Assembly: GCA_024626585.2 (NCBI GenBank) | Contig: JANKJI020000004.1 | Location: 79,777,670-79,793,611, forward strand | Reading direction: 5' to 3' | Length of the DNA: 15,942 nucleotides | Origin: Ginkgo biloba | Taxonomy: Eukaryota > Plantae > Ginkgophyta | Shown: piece after piece, positions 1 to 11,680 of the stretch | How the letters are laid out: each line of letters opens with the position of its first letter | Numbering within the stretch: the stretch's first letter is position 1 | Translations under genes and position numbers: made by a program | Notes under the pieces: model-generated | Seen by the model: only the letters and a program-made list of their open reading frames with translations | What the model was told of the DNA's origin: nothing | Database searches by the model: none

Positions 1-189
1 TACCAAGTTTCTCGTGTTTTTATGCATTTCATACCAAAATTTGGAAAATAATATAAGTAATATAATTTCCATGAGTATAAGTTTTGGCAATCTTCATGTT
101 CAATTGGCATATATTTTTAGAAAATATTTGGAAAAAATAACCAAATGATGAATATTAGAAACTACAATTTTCTATGGTTGAAACTACTT

Positions 190-3100
190 CAATAGTTACT
201 CTTCACATCACTCATAATAGAGGACCAACTCACAACACTCTTGTGATACTTTTAAGTTTGTTGCATTTGTTTTTCATTATGGGGTACTCGCCCACTAACC
301 ACAAGTCTCCCCACATAATAAACAAATATCTCCTCTTCTAAAATAGGGAATAGCTCTTGCTTCCCCATTTCCTCTTGGATATAGCATAACATTATTCCAT
401 CTAACACATAAGAGGACCTATTTGTTGATGCAATTTTTTGCACAAGCTCCAACAGGTGATGGGAATAAAACCCCCTCATTTTAGGATCCCTATTAGTATT
501 GGGATCTAAGGTATGGAAAACTCAATGGTTATAACTCAAGGAGAGTATATGACCTTAATAACCTACTGGTGGGGACCCTCCTACACAAACTAAATATTTG
601 CAAAGACTTTTAACTAGGTGATTTTGAATCTTCTCAAAAAAAATAACAAAATAATTAGGGGAGAGAAGGGTAGGGTAGAAAAGAGAGGTTAGGATCCTTT
701 TACCTAATTATTAACCAAAGAAAACACTATTAATGATTTTGTAGCAAATAAACCAAAGTACATGGAAATTAGTATATATACAAATTCACATATACTTCAG
801 GCAATCAATCAATGAATTTAAGAAAAATGAATTGTATTTTGCATAAGGATTTAATTGTGAGGATAACAAATGTTCATTCATAACAACAAAAGAAATTAGT
901 TAATCTAACTTGCAGTTCAAATCATCTCACCTCATTTAAAGGAATAGAGTAAGTATCCACACATTCAAGGTATATCAAACCACCCTTAATCATACATTGC
1001 ATGGGCACATCTAAGACCTTTAAGGTGTGAGAAACCAAAAAAAACATATGAATTATAGANNNNNNNNNNNNNNNNNNNNNNNNNNNNNNNNNNNNNNNNN
1101 NNNNNNNNNNNNNNNNNNNNNNNNNNNNNNNNNNNNNNNNNNNNNNNNNNNNNNNNNNNTAGCTAAATCATATGACAACCATCAACAAATTCTTGTTAGA
1201 ATGGATGAAGAGTGCAAGGTTCAAGGTCAAAGGCTAGACAAGCTTCTAATGGGACTATCAAATGTGATTGACCATATCTTCACTCCCAAAGCAATTAGTA
1301 AGGCTAGACATAGATCTTCCAAAGTCTATTATATTTTTGGAAGGCCTTTAATACAATCCCCAAGCATCTCCTTTTTTAGAGTCTTTGTAAGCTTTGTATT
1401 CTTCAGATTATTGTTACAGTGGTGGTGAGAATATATCAAATCATGGTTGGTCGTATTTTTACCTCCCATGGGTTCTCTCTGGACATTCAAAGCACCATTG
1501 AGGATATACAAGAGTGCCCACTATCAACTATGTTTTGGGATTTATATCAACACACTTGAGCAACACCTTAGAGAGACTGCACATGCAAAGGACATATNNN
1601 NNNNNNNACTTTGACATGTCTTAATATATATATCATTCTCTTTGTAGATGATATTTTCTCTTATCCTTCACTCTCAATGGATTGTAGAGGCAATTGGAAT
1701 CCCTTACTTCTTTTAGTGACAACAAATAGTTGGAAGTCAGCGTTATGGCTTTCTATATGACAAGAAATGCCTTATCCAAACACCACTCACCTTTAGAGGC
1801 TAGACTGTGGATATCACTACCTTATATAATTATTCAGGTGTTCAACTCATAGGATCTTCCTTCAATTTGAGACCAACTTACACACTCTTTAACTTGTGAA
1901 AGGGATATGGATCTCTAGCAGTTATGGAGAGACAATGCTTATAGCTCCACTTCTAGGATATTAGTTACAAGTTGCAACTCTTAGATGGTATTGAAAAAAC
2001 CATGGTGCTTTATGGTTTAGAGATTTAGGGATTGATCCTTGGGCATACATAGCGTGCACGAGTTGAGAGAATGCAAACAATCATGCTTTAACATATCATA
2101 GGTTGCAAGCGCATAATGCCCCAATGCATTATTCAGGAAAGGTTTGTTGCTCATCCACTTTATCTTAAGACCATCTTTAGGCTTACATCAGATCTCCATA
2201 GGTTTCATTGTACAACAAATACTGTGTTTGGAAGGAATAGGTATCCATATTTATCGCTTTTCTCCTCACACAATTTACATACCCTTTGGTCTTTGTGTTT
2301 CTAATCGGCTTTGTCTTTCTTTCTAGCATACAAATTTCCATTCAATCTTTTTGTCTTCATATCTTAGTAGTCTAATGATTCTCTGACTTATTTTGATTAT
2401 TGTGTTTCTAATTTACTTTGAGAGGGTTCCATAAGATGGTTGGATGTTTTGTTTATAGTTGACTTTTGGCTTCCAATTTGAGTAATTTTATTGGCCTTAC
2501 ATAATATTATGTTCGAAGTTCAAACTAGCTCTTGAATGTTATCTTCAATTGTTTGGTTATCTATAAATGCATTAATACTTTGAGAGTGAATTGATAGCTC
2601 ATCAACTTTGTTTTAGAGCTTTGAGCTTGTAAATATAAATTAGCCAATAGCTCAATTGCCCAAAATTAGTTAACTTCTACTAGTTAATCCATGCATATTC
2701 TTAAGTGTTAGTTGACCATTTCCATTCTTGGTTTGATAGCCTCCTTAATCTCTTTTGGAGGTTTTGGGATGAGTTCTTGTAGTGAATTCCCAATACCCCA
2801 TCTTTTCGCATTAGTTAGTCAAGAANNNNNNNNNNTTCACTTGGTACTATTTGAACTATATGTTTTCCAACTTGAAATACAAAACTTAGCCATTTCCCTA
2901 TCAAATTTGATCAGGCAAATTGAGAAAATGCATTGCTTAACATGATCTATACATGTTAATCACTCTATAATTTACTTAATAAATAACTTCTTGTTTAGGT
3001 TGATTTATAACCAAATTTGTCTTGACTTTACAAATATGACCAAATTAACTCAATCTCTGAAGATGTTCAGTTGTTTCTTCAAAAGTGCTAAAAAAATTTC

Positions 3101-3782
3101 ACTCAACTACGTGCTTGCTCAAAATTAGCTCTCTTATTTATCAACTTGCCATTGATTTCCATTAATGATCTTTAAGAATTTAAATTGCTTTATTTCAAAA
3201 CTCTAAAGCTTTCAAGAATACAACTATATTTTAACTTTCAGAGTCTTTGAATATCTTTAGATTCAAAAAAAGTGTTGCCACTATATTCACATCCTTAATT
3301 TGGAAATGTTATTGTTGAACATATATCCACAAATTTCCAAAGATGTAAATATTTCAAGAGGTCTCAAATCAAAAGTTGAATTGGCTTGATCTTGAAAAAG
3401 AATGATTTTACCATAAAATCGCCAATTCCTTATAAGATTTTGATCAATGCATAAAATTGTTATTAGTTTTGTGATTATGGAGAATATTTATTGGGATTGC
3501 AATGCTTCAAAGAATTTGACAAATCTTTGAAGTTTCCAAGGAAAACCATAGGTCTACCACTTCATTGAGTTGATCTTGAATCAATTTGATGTACTTGGTC
3601 TTGACTTTAAANNNNNNNNNNNNNNNNNNNNNNNNNNNNNNNNNNNNNNNNNNNNNNNNNNNNNNNNNNNNNNNNNNNNNNNNNNNNNNNNNNNNNNNNN
3701 NNNNNNNNNNNAATTACATCATTATTACATAAAGTGCATTAATAACTAAACATAAGGAGACTAAACATTAACTATTCCAACA
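190..3782. mobile_element. Old, gap-interrupted LTR-retrotransposon-like non-coding debris
   Basis: CpG-depleted, stop-rich sequence of LTR/UTR-like composition (for example the purine block GGGGAGAGAAGGGTAGGGTAGAAAAGAGAGG at ~658-688), with a possible LTR edge ...CTATTCCAACA at 3782. Based on overall resemblance only; no gag/pol motif recognised. Confidence 0.3.
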
Positions 3783-4149
3783 GGTTTGACTTTCTATTTC
3801 TTTTCTTTATGTTGAATCTATTTCTCATGGTTTCTACCTTCTTTCTTCGCTTTAGTAGTTTTGTGCTTGTAACAAAAAGTCTTAGATTTTTTTTTTAAAG
3901 CTCCATATATAAGAGAGTATTCCATAAACATATGATTTCATAAGTCTACAAAACTAAGATATATTCAGGTTCACCCCATAAAAGAAAAATAGACTTGTTG
4001 AAAACGTGCCCATTCTCAAATTGCAACACAAATCATCTTTTTATTGTCCATAGATGATCTTAGAAGACTTTGAAGTACAACTTCATAGAAAATTTACAAT
4101 TTTTTTAACACAATAATCTAAGATAATTCAAGATGCTACATAGAAATAA

Positions 4150-5028
4150 ATGACTACATTAACAAAGATTGCCATTTAACCTTCTTTACATGCACAAGAA
4201 TCAACACTAGAGAAACATGAAAAACCAAAAAAGGGAGAAGATGAATAAAGGGGCCTGGAGAATTCAAAATACAAATGTTAAAGACTTCCCAAGTCAATCC
4301 CAAACTTACATCATGCTCAATCTATGTGAGATTAGTAAGACAAAAATGAGCAATCCTACTTTAAAATAGGATCCATTGATTTCTCTAAAGTCTAAGAACT
4401 TAACAAAAAAGTGGGATTATGTATTAGATGATCCCTTGACATCCAACTAGGGATACAACCGAATAAAAGATCTTTCCTACCCCCTCTATATCATCTATGC
4501 TAGATCTCACCTTGTATATATAAGAGCCCTTCTAACATCTCTTGAAATCCAGTAGTGCTACTTATAGCATTATACAACTTCTCATAAGATCCATCCAAGT
4601 TACTTGTGGTTTTAAAATCCACCCCTAAATAGATCATGTAAGGCAACAATCTAAGCATGTAGCAATATATGAGATCCACCCATGTTATTATTGCTTCAAA
4701 AGAGATCCGCTCAAACTACTTGTGTTCTAGGAACCCTTCCTTCACATATGCCATCTTAACTAGCCAATTGGGCTTAACATAAAGCATGTAAGCACTAGTC
4801 ATCCATCATAGTTCTTACATACCCCAAGGCATATTAAGTCTTCATGAGCATACATAATGGCATCCAGCATTTAAGCAACAAGCTCTATCAAGCACTCAAA
4901 TCCAATAGAGTAAGTGATATCGCTTTAAGACTAAATGAGATTGCAATAGATAACATTATAACCTTAATGTCTAAGATTTACTTACCAACAAGGTACCCAA
5001 CACTTACATTGATTGTTTATAGTAATTA
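4150..5028 (-). mobile_element. Possible old LINE 3' remnant with a decayed ORF
   Basis: Minus-strand frame 4805-4500 has ~100 codons with a single internal stop (4716-4718), followed by T-rich UTR-like sequence. No TSD or clear A-tail was identified and the boundaries are approximate. Confidence 0.25.
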
Positions 5029-5129
5029 NNNNNNNNNNNNNNNNNNNNNNNNNNNNNNNNNNNNNNNNTCTTGTTGCAAATGTGCTTCAATATTTGTGCT
5101 ACATCTAACACGTTGCTCTTCAACTTCTG

Positions 5130-5915
5130 CTTCCAAAAAAAAATTTACTTGAAAAAATGGTGTTTCAACTCCATCTAGAATTCAAAACATCAAATATCAT
5201 ACATTTGAAAAGCTCTCTTCAAGACGCATTTAATGGAATAAATCTAGGGTCAATCAAAGTCCATTTGGACCAATTCATCCTTGGATAAATTTATTGCTCC
5301 TATTTTGGCCCTAATGCTTCTAATTNNNNNNNNNNNNNNNNNNNNNNNNNNNNNNNNNNNNNNNNNNNNNNNNNNNNNNNNNNNNNNNNNNNNNNNNNNN
5401 NNNNNNNNNNNNNNNNNNNNNNNNTCGAGGTGCATCCAATGAAACAAGTCTAAGGCCAATCAAAGTGCATTTGACACAAGTTATCCTTGGCCATAATTGT
5501 TGCTCCTATTTTGTACTTGTTGCTTCTAATTTCCACAAAATTACAACAACAAATTTGTTTACAAAACTTTTTTACTCTACTTGGGATCTAAAATACCAAC
5601 TATCCTACACCATTGTAAAGTTCTTTCTAAGGTACATCCAATGGAAGGATTTTAGGGTGATTCATTGTTCATTTGACCCTAATTCGTCCTTGGTCAAAGT
5701 TGTTTATGTTTCAACCCTATTGCTTCTTATTTTTGTAGTATTCAAACAATAAGTTCAATCACAAAAGTTGATTATATAACTCAATTCGAGATCCAAACTA
5801 CCTACTAGGATATAACATCAACAACCTCTTCCAAAGGTGCATCCATTAGAACAGGTCTTGGGTTAATTGGAGTTTCTTCAACTTCAGATGTGGTGCCTCG
5901 AAGTTATTGCTTTTG
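5130..5915. repeat. Degenerate tandem repeat, ~202-206-bp unit, about 4 copies
   Basis: The anchor motif recurs at 5221 (AAGACGCATTTAATGGAA), 5427 (GAGGTGCATCCAATGAAA), 5629 (AAGGTACATCCAATGGAA) and 5834 (AAGGTGCATCCATTAGAA). The first three copies share downstream blocks resembling CAATCAAAGT.CATTTG, TCCTTGG and TGCTTCT.ATT. Confidence 0.8.
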
Positions 5916-6743
5916 CTTATGTCATTTTTTTATAAGTACAAATCAATTGTAATCACCATAATTGAATTCCCTACCCTTCAAAAGTTTTTGAATCACCACG
6001 TAAGGACAAAATTTGCCACCTCCTACAACTTTGTGTACCTGTACTACCTCAAGATTGCCTCTAATGAGTATGATTAGACAAAAGTGAGTTGTCAAAACCA
6101 ATGCTCATATAAGGATCATAAAAGTAGGGGACTTCCTTCAAGGCCACTTCTCTAAGTAGACACTTGGTCCCTTGACCTAGGATGACTAAAATCATTTTTG
6201 GCTCTTAAAAATTTGTGTAGGCTCTTGAAGGTCGAGTTTTAAGCTTTTTGTGGGGCCTGCCAATGTTTTAACAAGTTAATTAGTAGATTTACAGCCTTGC
6301 TTATTATCTTAGCCCTTTGTGGAAACATCTTTTGCATCTATATAGACCTATGACTACGTGTTTCAAAGCTATTGAGATGAGTTGTGGTTCTAAAGACTTG
6401 TCTCTAGCAAATAATGGTGTTTGTGGTCTTTAAAAGCCACCATAAGCTCTAATGACTTCAAAAATAAATATGATTCGATTATGGGAAGTATGATAGAGAT
6501 AATGTGTCTTAAGTTGCAATGTGACATGACCAACTATGATAAATCAAGGTTTAATTAGTAAATTTGTCGCTTAAGCCTCTCAAAGGGCTTGAATCTTGCA
6601 AAACTTATAACAAATTGCCTTAAATTTTCTCTAGTATAAAGCANNNNNNNNNNNNNNNNNNNNNNNNNNNNNNNNNNNNNNNNNNNNNNNNNNNNNNNNN
6701 NNNNNNNNNNNNNNNNNNNNNNNNNNNNNNNNNNNNNNNNNNN

Positions 6744-6860
6744 GGGGAGGAAAGATGGGATGAGAATGAGATAGGAGGTGGGGGATAAAACTAAGAAATG
6801 TGAAAGGAAATGATATAAAAATAGAGAATAGACATGGAAGATGGGATGGAAACAAAATGA
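6744..6860 (+). repeat. Purine-rich (GA) low-complexity tract next to an assembly gap
   Basis: Strong A/G skew, with GATGGGATG repeated. Confidence 0.6.
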
Positions 6861-7442
6861 GATGCGGATTATTTGTTGTAGCTAATTTTCCCTCAAAAAA
6901 TAGACATTAGACAACCTTTCCACAACCCTTTCTTTCGCCTTCATTTTCATTGTTAAAATTCCACAAGATCCCTAATATTATAATTGCATTGGCGTACAAC
7001 ACTGAGAATTATATTATTCATTATAAGGACTTTTGTCTAGCTCATTCATGATCAAACTTGGCAATTAACTCAAAATTAATGCTTTTGTTCTAAGGTCTAG
7101 TCTTTTAACTAAAAAGGCACCATAAAAACATTAGCATTTAAATGCTTTTGTGCTAATAATTTTAAATTTTGATAGTAGATATCTATGGCTTTGACAACCC
7201 TCACTACAATGGTTTTAATAACAACTCTTCACCTTTGAGGTTAAAAGTAATATGTAACAACACACACAATCAACATGCAATTGAGACCTTTGTCTCTTTT
7301 AATGGTTAACATGGCTTTAGACTAGTGGTCTAAAGAATTTAAATGGTTCTATTTCTTGAGTTGTTGTTAAGCACATCCATAGCTCAATATTTCCAACATG
7401 ATAATCAAATTTGCTAATGTGACTACTTTCACTTCTCTGGCC

Positions 7443-7850
7443 ATTATGCTCTCAAAACATACATGACAAATTGATCCGCAAATGAATGACCAATAAAGGG
7501 ATACTCAAATGGTTTCCATTAAAGGCTAAATGACAATAAATAACCAAGAAGAATTTTCAAATGCCCAAGAGAAAATAAATAGTTAAATACTTAGATGAAT
7601 TGGTATACACAATTAAATGGTTGGCTTGTGCTATAAAAGTAATAACTCCTAATATTTAAGGATATTATGCTCTAAAAACAAACATGACATATTATGTGGC
7701 AAATTAATAATGAACCTTAGTTTAAAGGTGTTATACAACCACAAAAGACTTCTCATGTGCTCAAAATCTTACGGTGTTGTTCGTGAAGAGAAAATAAATA
7801 ATCAATCACTTGATGAATTAAGGGAGATAATATAAAAGATCATAGAAGAA
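7443..7850. repeat. Degenerate direct tandem duplication, ~220-bp period
   Basis: ATTATGCTCT(C/A)AAAACA(T/A)ACATGACA occurs at 7443 and 7664. AAGAGAAAATAAATA...ACTT(A)GATGAATT occurs at 7567 and 7786. Confidence 0.7.
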
Positions 7851-9076
7851 TAAAAAAATAATCTTGTCAATAACATACCTTATCTACACCACATGCTTTT
7901 GGTATTATCTAAAAAAGGTCCATTTCTTTCTTTTCAATTCATTTTGGGTTTCAAATATCCATGCATGAGACTAATGCCACAATACAACACTATTCCAAAC
8001 ATTATCATGGTAAAAGAAAGGCACATAACAAGAACGATGGTAAGCACAAAGATGGTGTGACCCATCTAAAAAATGCAAGAAAGATGACGTAGAGGTGAAA
8101 GGAAGATTCCATGTGTTCTATTGCTATCTATATTATTTGGTATCTGGTATTTATCACAACATGGTTCAAGGAGTGTCTCATGTAAGGAATTTTCTCTAGC
8201 ACAAGTTCAAATCCAAACATGACTCGTATATGCATTTTATTCACCATTGACAATTTGATTACCAAAGTAAATTCAAAAGCTATTGGGTTCAACAAAAATA
8301 TTAGTGTGTGCGATAATGAGAGCTTTAAAAGTAAGAAATGAAGGAGTGAAAAAAATATGGAAGGAATGGAATGTGATTGTTGGAAAATTTTCCTTATAGA
8401 GAATTTGAGGCTTGATATAATGGCAATGCTATGGCCTGATGTAAAATGAGATACTCTATAATTGATAAACTCAAAAACTCATATCTAGAAATATTATTTG
8501 TTAGGATCATTAGGAGTACTCATTTCAAGTGTCTACTCAAACTAATGGAAGGACATAATATACTTCTTGAAGCTGCATGAGCTTGTTGCTAGAATCATAT
8601 AGCATGAAGCTCAAGTTCATATAATAAGAAATAATCCAAAATATAAGCAACTTTGTTTAATTGGGAAATCAATTAAGGAATTGCATATAAAGATATTGTT
8701 TACACTCTAGAAAATATATTTTCAAAAATAAGATCCATTCAAAATCAAGTGGAGGAGCATAAGAATTGTTATTTTGCATCCCATCCACAACTTTGATGTT
8801 GGATCATACAACTTGTTTGAATTCTATCTCACTTCAATAGTTACACTAGATGTCTCAATGTATTAACATATTGCTTGTGCTTTTAAATTTTTGCTTTGGG
8901 TTTATTTGTAAGCATTGGGGCAATGTAGACTATTAGAGGAGCGATGCAATCTTCTTATTATAAGCGCCACTATAAAAAAACACCCAAAATTTTCATCCTA
9001 CATGTAAAGACAAATGTTAGCATGTTTGTTGGTCACTTATTGATTAGCCACATGTCTATAGTCACTTTCTTTAGAT

Positions 9077-9452
9077 CTAAGTCACAAGGCTCATTGTTGT
9101 TATTTTTTTTAAATCATTCTTTTAGTGATTTTTTAGGCACGATTGAATTATTAAAAAAAATTGACAATTTAAAAAAAAATCCTAGTCAAGGCTTTGACCA
9201 TAGGATGTTTATGCTTTGACCTAAGTTAAAACATAATATAATATGAAATATAAAATTTTACAAAGATATTTGTTAGTGTTATGCCTATTTTGATGTTCAA
9301 TATATGTATTTTTATCTTGATTTCTTGGAAAGTATGAATGTTATATAAAAATCTATATATATGTATTTAGTGAACTTCATGTTGAATTCTTTTGACCTTA
9401 TCAATTTTTTTGTTCGTCAAACTTGAATTTGAACTTGAACTAAGTGACTTAG
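9077..9452. mobile_element. Non-autonomous hAT-superfamily DNA transposon (MITE-like), 376 bp
   Basis: Terminal inverted repeats CTAAGTCAC (9077-9085) and GTGACTTAG (9444-9452). Perfect 8-bp target-site duplication CTTTAGAT at 9069-9076 and 9453-9460; 8-bp TSDs are characteristic of hAT. Subterminal hexamer repeats (AACTTG AATTTG AACTTG) lie inside the right end, and the interior is AT-rich and non-coding. Confidence 0.88.
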
Positions 9453-10059
9453 CTTTAGATGGTGCAACCTAGGATTCTTACAATTTTTTTGTCTTTATGG
9501 TAGTTGGTTTTGACTTTAATTATAATGTTTTACTAGCTTATCATTTCTATTATTTTATTAATAGTTTATTAATTATTTTTATGATTGTATGGTTGGTTTA
9601 GCTTGTATATTATGATGTTTTTGCATTTGGAGGCCTCACTAATGGTACTTGGTTATTTACTAGTAAAAGAATGCATTGTTTCATTAGCCTTTTTCGTGGA
9701 GGCCTTTATATGTTGTAAATTGTGGCCATTCTCTCAAAAATCATGGAGGCCTTAACACTTTGATAAAGTTTGACATGTTACGACTCATTAATTTATAAGA
9801 TTTATTTTGTATAGATCATTTTTAGTTGCAACATAATGTCTTCCTTTTTGAAAAGTGAAACATATTATAGTTCCATTACCACTAAGCAAAAGTAACACGC
9901 AATTTATTTCTACACATACAAATAGATCCAAGTCATTCCTACTATCCACTCTAATAAAATAATTGTATGTCAAATAGTAGAATGCATAAAGGTCATTAAT
10001 GCAGTCATACCCTCAACAAACCAAGGCAAGTAAAGTGTGCTACTCTCACCAACACAGCA

Positions 10060-11680
10060 TTGATGCATTGGAATATCAAGATTTTACTCTAGAATTAGAA
10101 ACAATCTTTATTCATAAATATTATTTGATATAGAGATACAATGTAGAGAACAAGATATAATAATGGTTGACAATTATGATTGATGGATTCTAGGGTTTGC
10201 CATACTACTTATATTTATGCTATCTTTGTACTACTTGGAGAACATTTAGTCAAAAGACATTTCTTTTCATACACATAATGACTATTGTTTAAAATCTAAT
10301 GAGTTTATTTTATAGTTAAATTAATTCTTAAAGTAACTAAGACTAACTTCAAACGCTTGATTAATGTGACTGATTCTGGTTACGATCGTATTTCTACTAT
10401 TGTGATAAGAATTGATATTATGATGATCAATGCATAGTGACAAGTTCTCATTACGACCAATATGTTATACTAATATGATTGCATAGAACAAGGTGTCAAT
10501 TATCCAATATATATCTCACTAGTGAATGGTAAAGGGAAGGGATCCTTTTGTGTTACTTTATTGAGCTCTCGGTAATCAACACATACTCATGATTTGTCAT
10601 TTTATTTTTTTAACAATTGCAACTTGAGGCGGGAGCATCCCTATAACACCCTGATAACATACTTAGTTTTGCAAGGGGATACCAACATTGTCGATCAAGG
10701 TTGGCATCAATATGGGTGGTGGTCGACATGGTCGAGGACAATAGTAAAAGATCGACACCGACATGATCTATGGAATTCAAGGTTCCCGAATTAAAGTGAA
10801 AGCTATATTATGAATATAAGCGAAGAAGCTATGATGGAGGAACTTCACCTACCACTCACCTACCAAAATTTATTTTGTAGAAGGACAAAGAGGGGTTTAC
10901 GCAAGAAATCTAATGCTCATACATAAAACTATGAAGATTACTTTTGCTAGATGGATGAAGGAGATGGCAGAGACATGGCTAAGGGAGCCAAGACCACACT
11001 TGGATGATAAATTCTATGACTGTGCCTTAAGTGCTCACCAACTGAGCTTTGGGGGAGATGGAAATTCATGAGGAAGTTATCAAGGAGAAAATAAGCATAA
11101 GAACTCAGAGTGGAGAAGGAGAGGGGGTTCTTTTTTCACTGTTGTTGAGAGAGAGAGCTCTTTGGGTCCATTTTTATCAATTGCTGAAGGGAGTTTCTTT
11201 CTCTTTGAAGCTCTCATATGGGGTTATTACTTTGAGAATAAGCTCTAGCGCAGGTGGCTGAGTGGATAACTTATTGGTTGTGTGCAGGTTGTTGAGGAAG
11301 ATGACGTTGATAAAGGAGAAGATTATACATGGCACTTATGTGCATCTTCGAATGTTAGCAAAGAGAACTCTGACTAGTACATCAACAAATCAAGAGATTA
11401 ATACTCATAAATGATCCCTTAATTGAATATCATTTCTAGAAGTCTTACAACTAATGGAAATCTTGGGAGGATATGTATTGGAAGAGCTTCCATCTTCGAT
11501 ACCACTTTTATTTCTTGTGTTAGAAGAGCTTCTCTCTTTAACACCTTATCATTATCTCACTTCCTCTTTAATCATGTAGTTATTAATTTATACGAAAGAG
11601 AAGGATTTTTACTCTCGAATATAATGGAAACCATTCCATACATAAGTAGGGAGGAATTCATATGAAATAATAATTATCCT
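10060..11680. mobile_element. Degenerate LTR-retrotransposon-derived non-coding sequence, probably two or more fragments
   Basis: Candidate LTR edge ...ttttttAACA at 10615 and a TATAACACCC (TGTAACACCC-like) start at ~10643 after a purine-rich stretch. Also a CG-retaining patch (10690-10765), a GA-rich segment (11050-11160) and twin hairpins (11475-11545). Boundaries are unresolved and there are no coding motifs. Confidence 0.35.
11475..11545. repeat. Two related 29-nt imperfect palindromes, 42-bp period
   Basis: GTATTGGAAGAGCTTCCATCTTCGATACC (11475-11503) and GTGTTAGAAGAGCTTCTCTCTTTAACACC (11517-11545); each can fold into a stem-loop. Confidence 0.75.

Noticed and set aside
1329-1511. ORF ending KKEMLGDCIKGLPKI, reminiscent of the Copia GAG-pre-integrase region
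   Set aside because: It lacks the WHxRLGH motif and the following CxxC/integrase sequence; the similarity is too slight.
3505-3532. Near-perfect palindrome CTTCAAAGAATTTGACAAATCTTTGAAG
   Set aside because: Short, AT-rich and isolated in TE debris; too small for a miRNA precursor or MITE.
5130-5915. CRISPR-like reading of the regularly spaced motifs (also 11793-12045)
   Set aside because: Whole units are homologous and degenerate, with no identical repeats separated by unique spacers and no cas genes; the context is eukaryotic.
1027-6855. ORF-track entries spanning N runs (1027, 2712, 4844, 5250, 6631)
   Set aside because: Their length is inflated by assembly gaps translated as X, and the flanking peptides are uninformative.
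8804-8825. Minus-strand ag|AATTCAAACAA (E-F-K-Q) as the next NF-YC exon
   Set aside because: It continues V-V-stop instead of H-x-LPLARIKK and has no pyrimidine-rich acceptor; a chance match.
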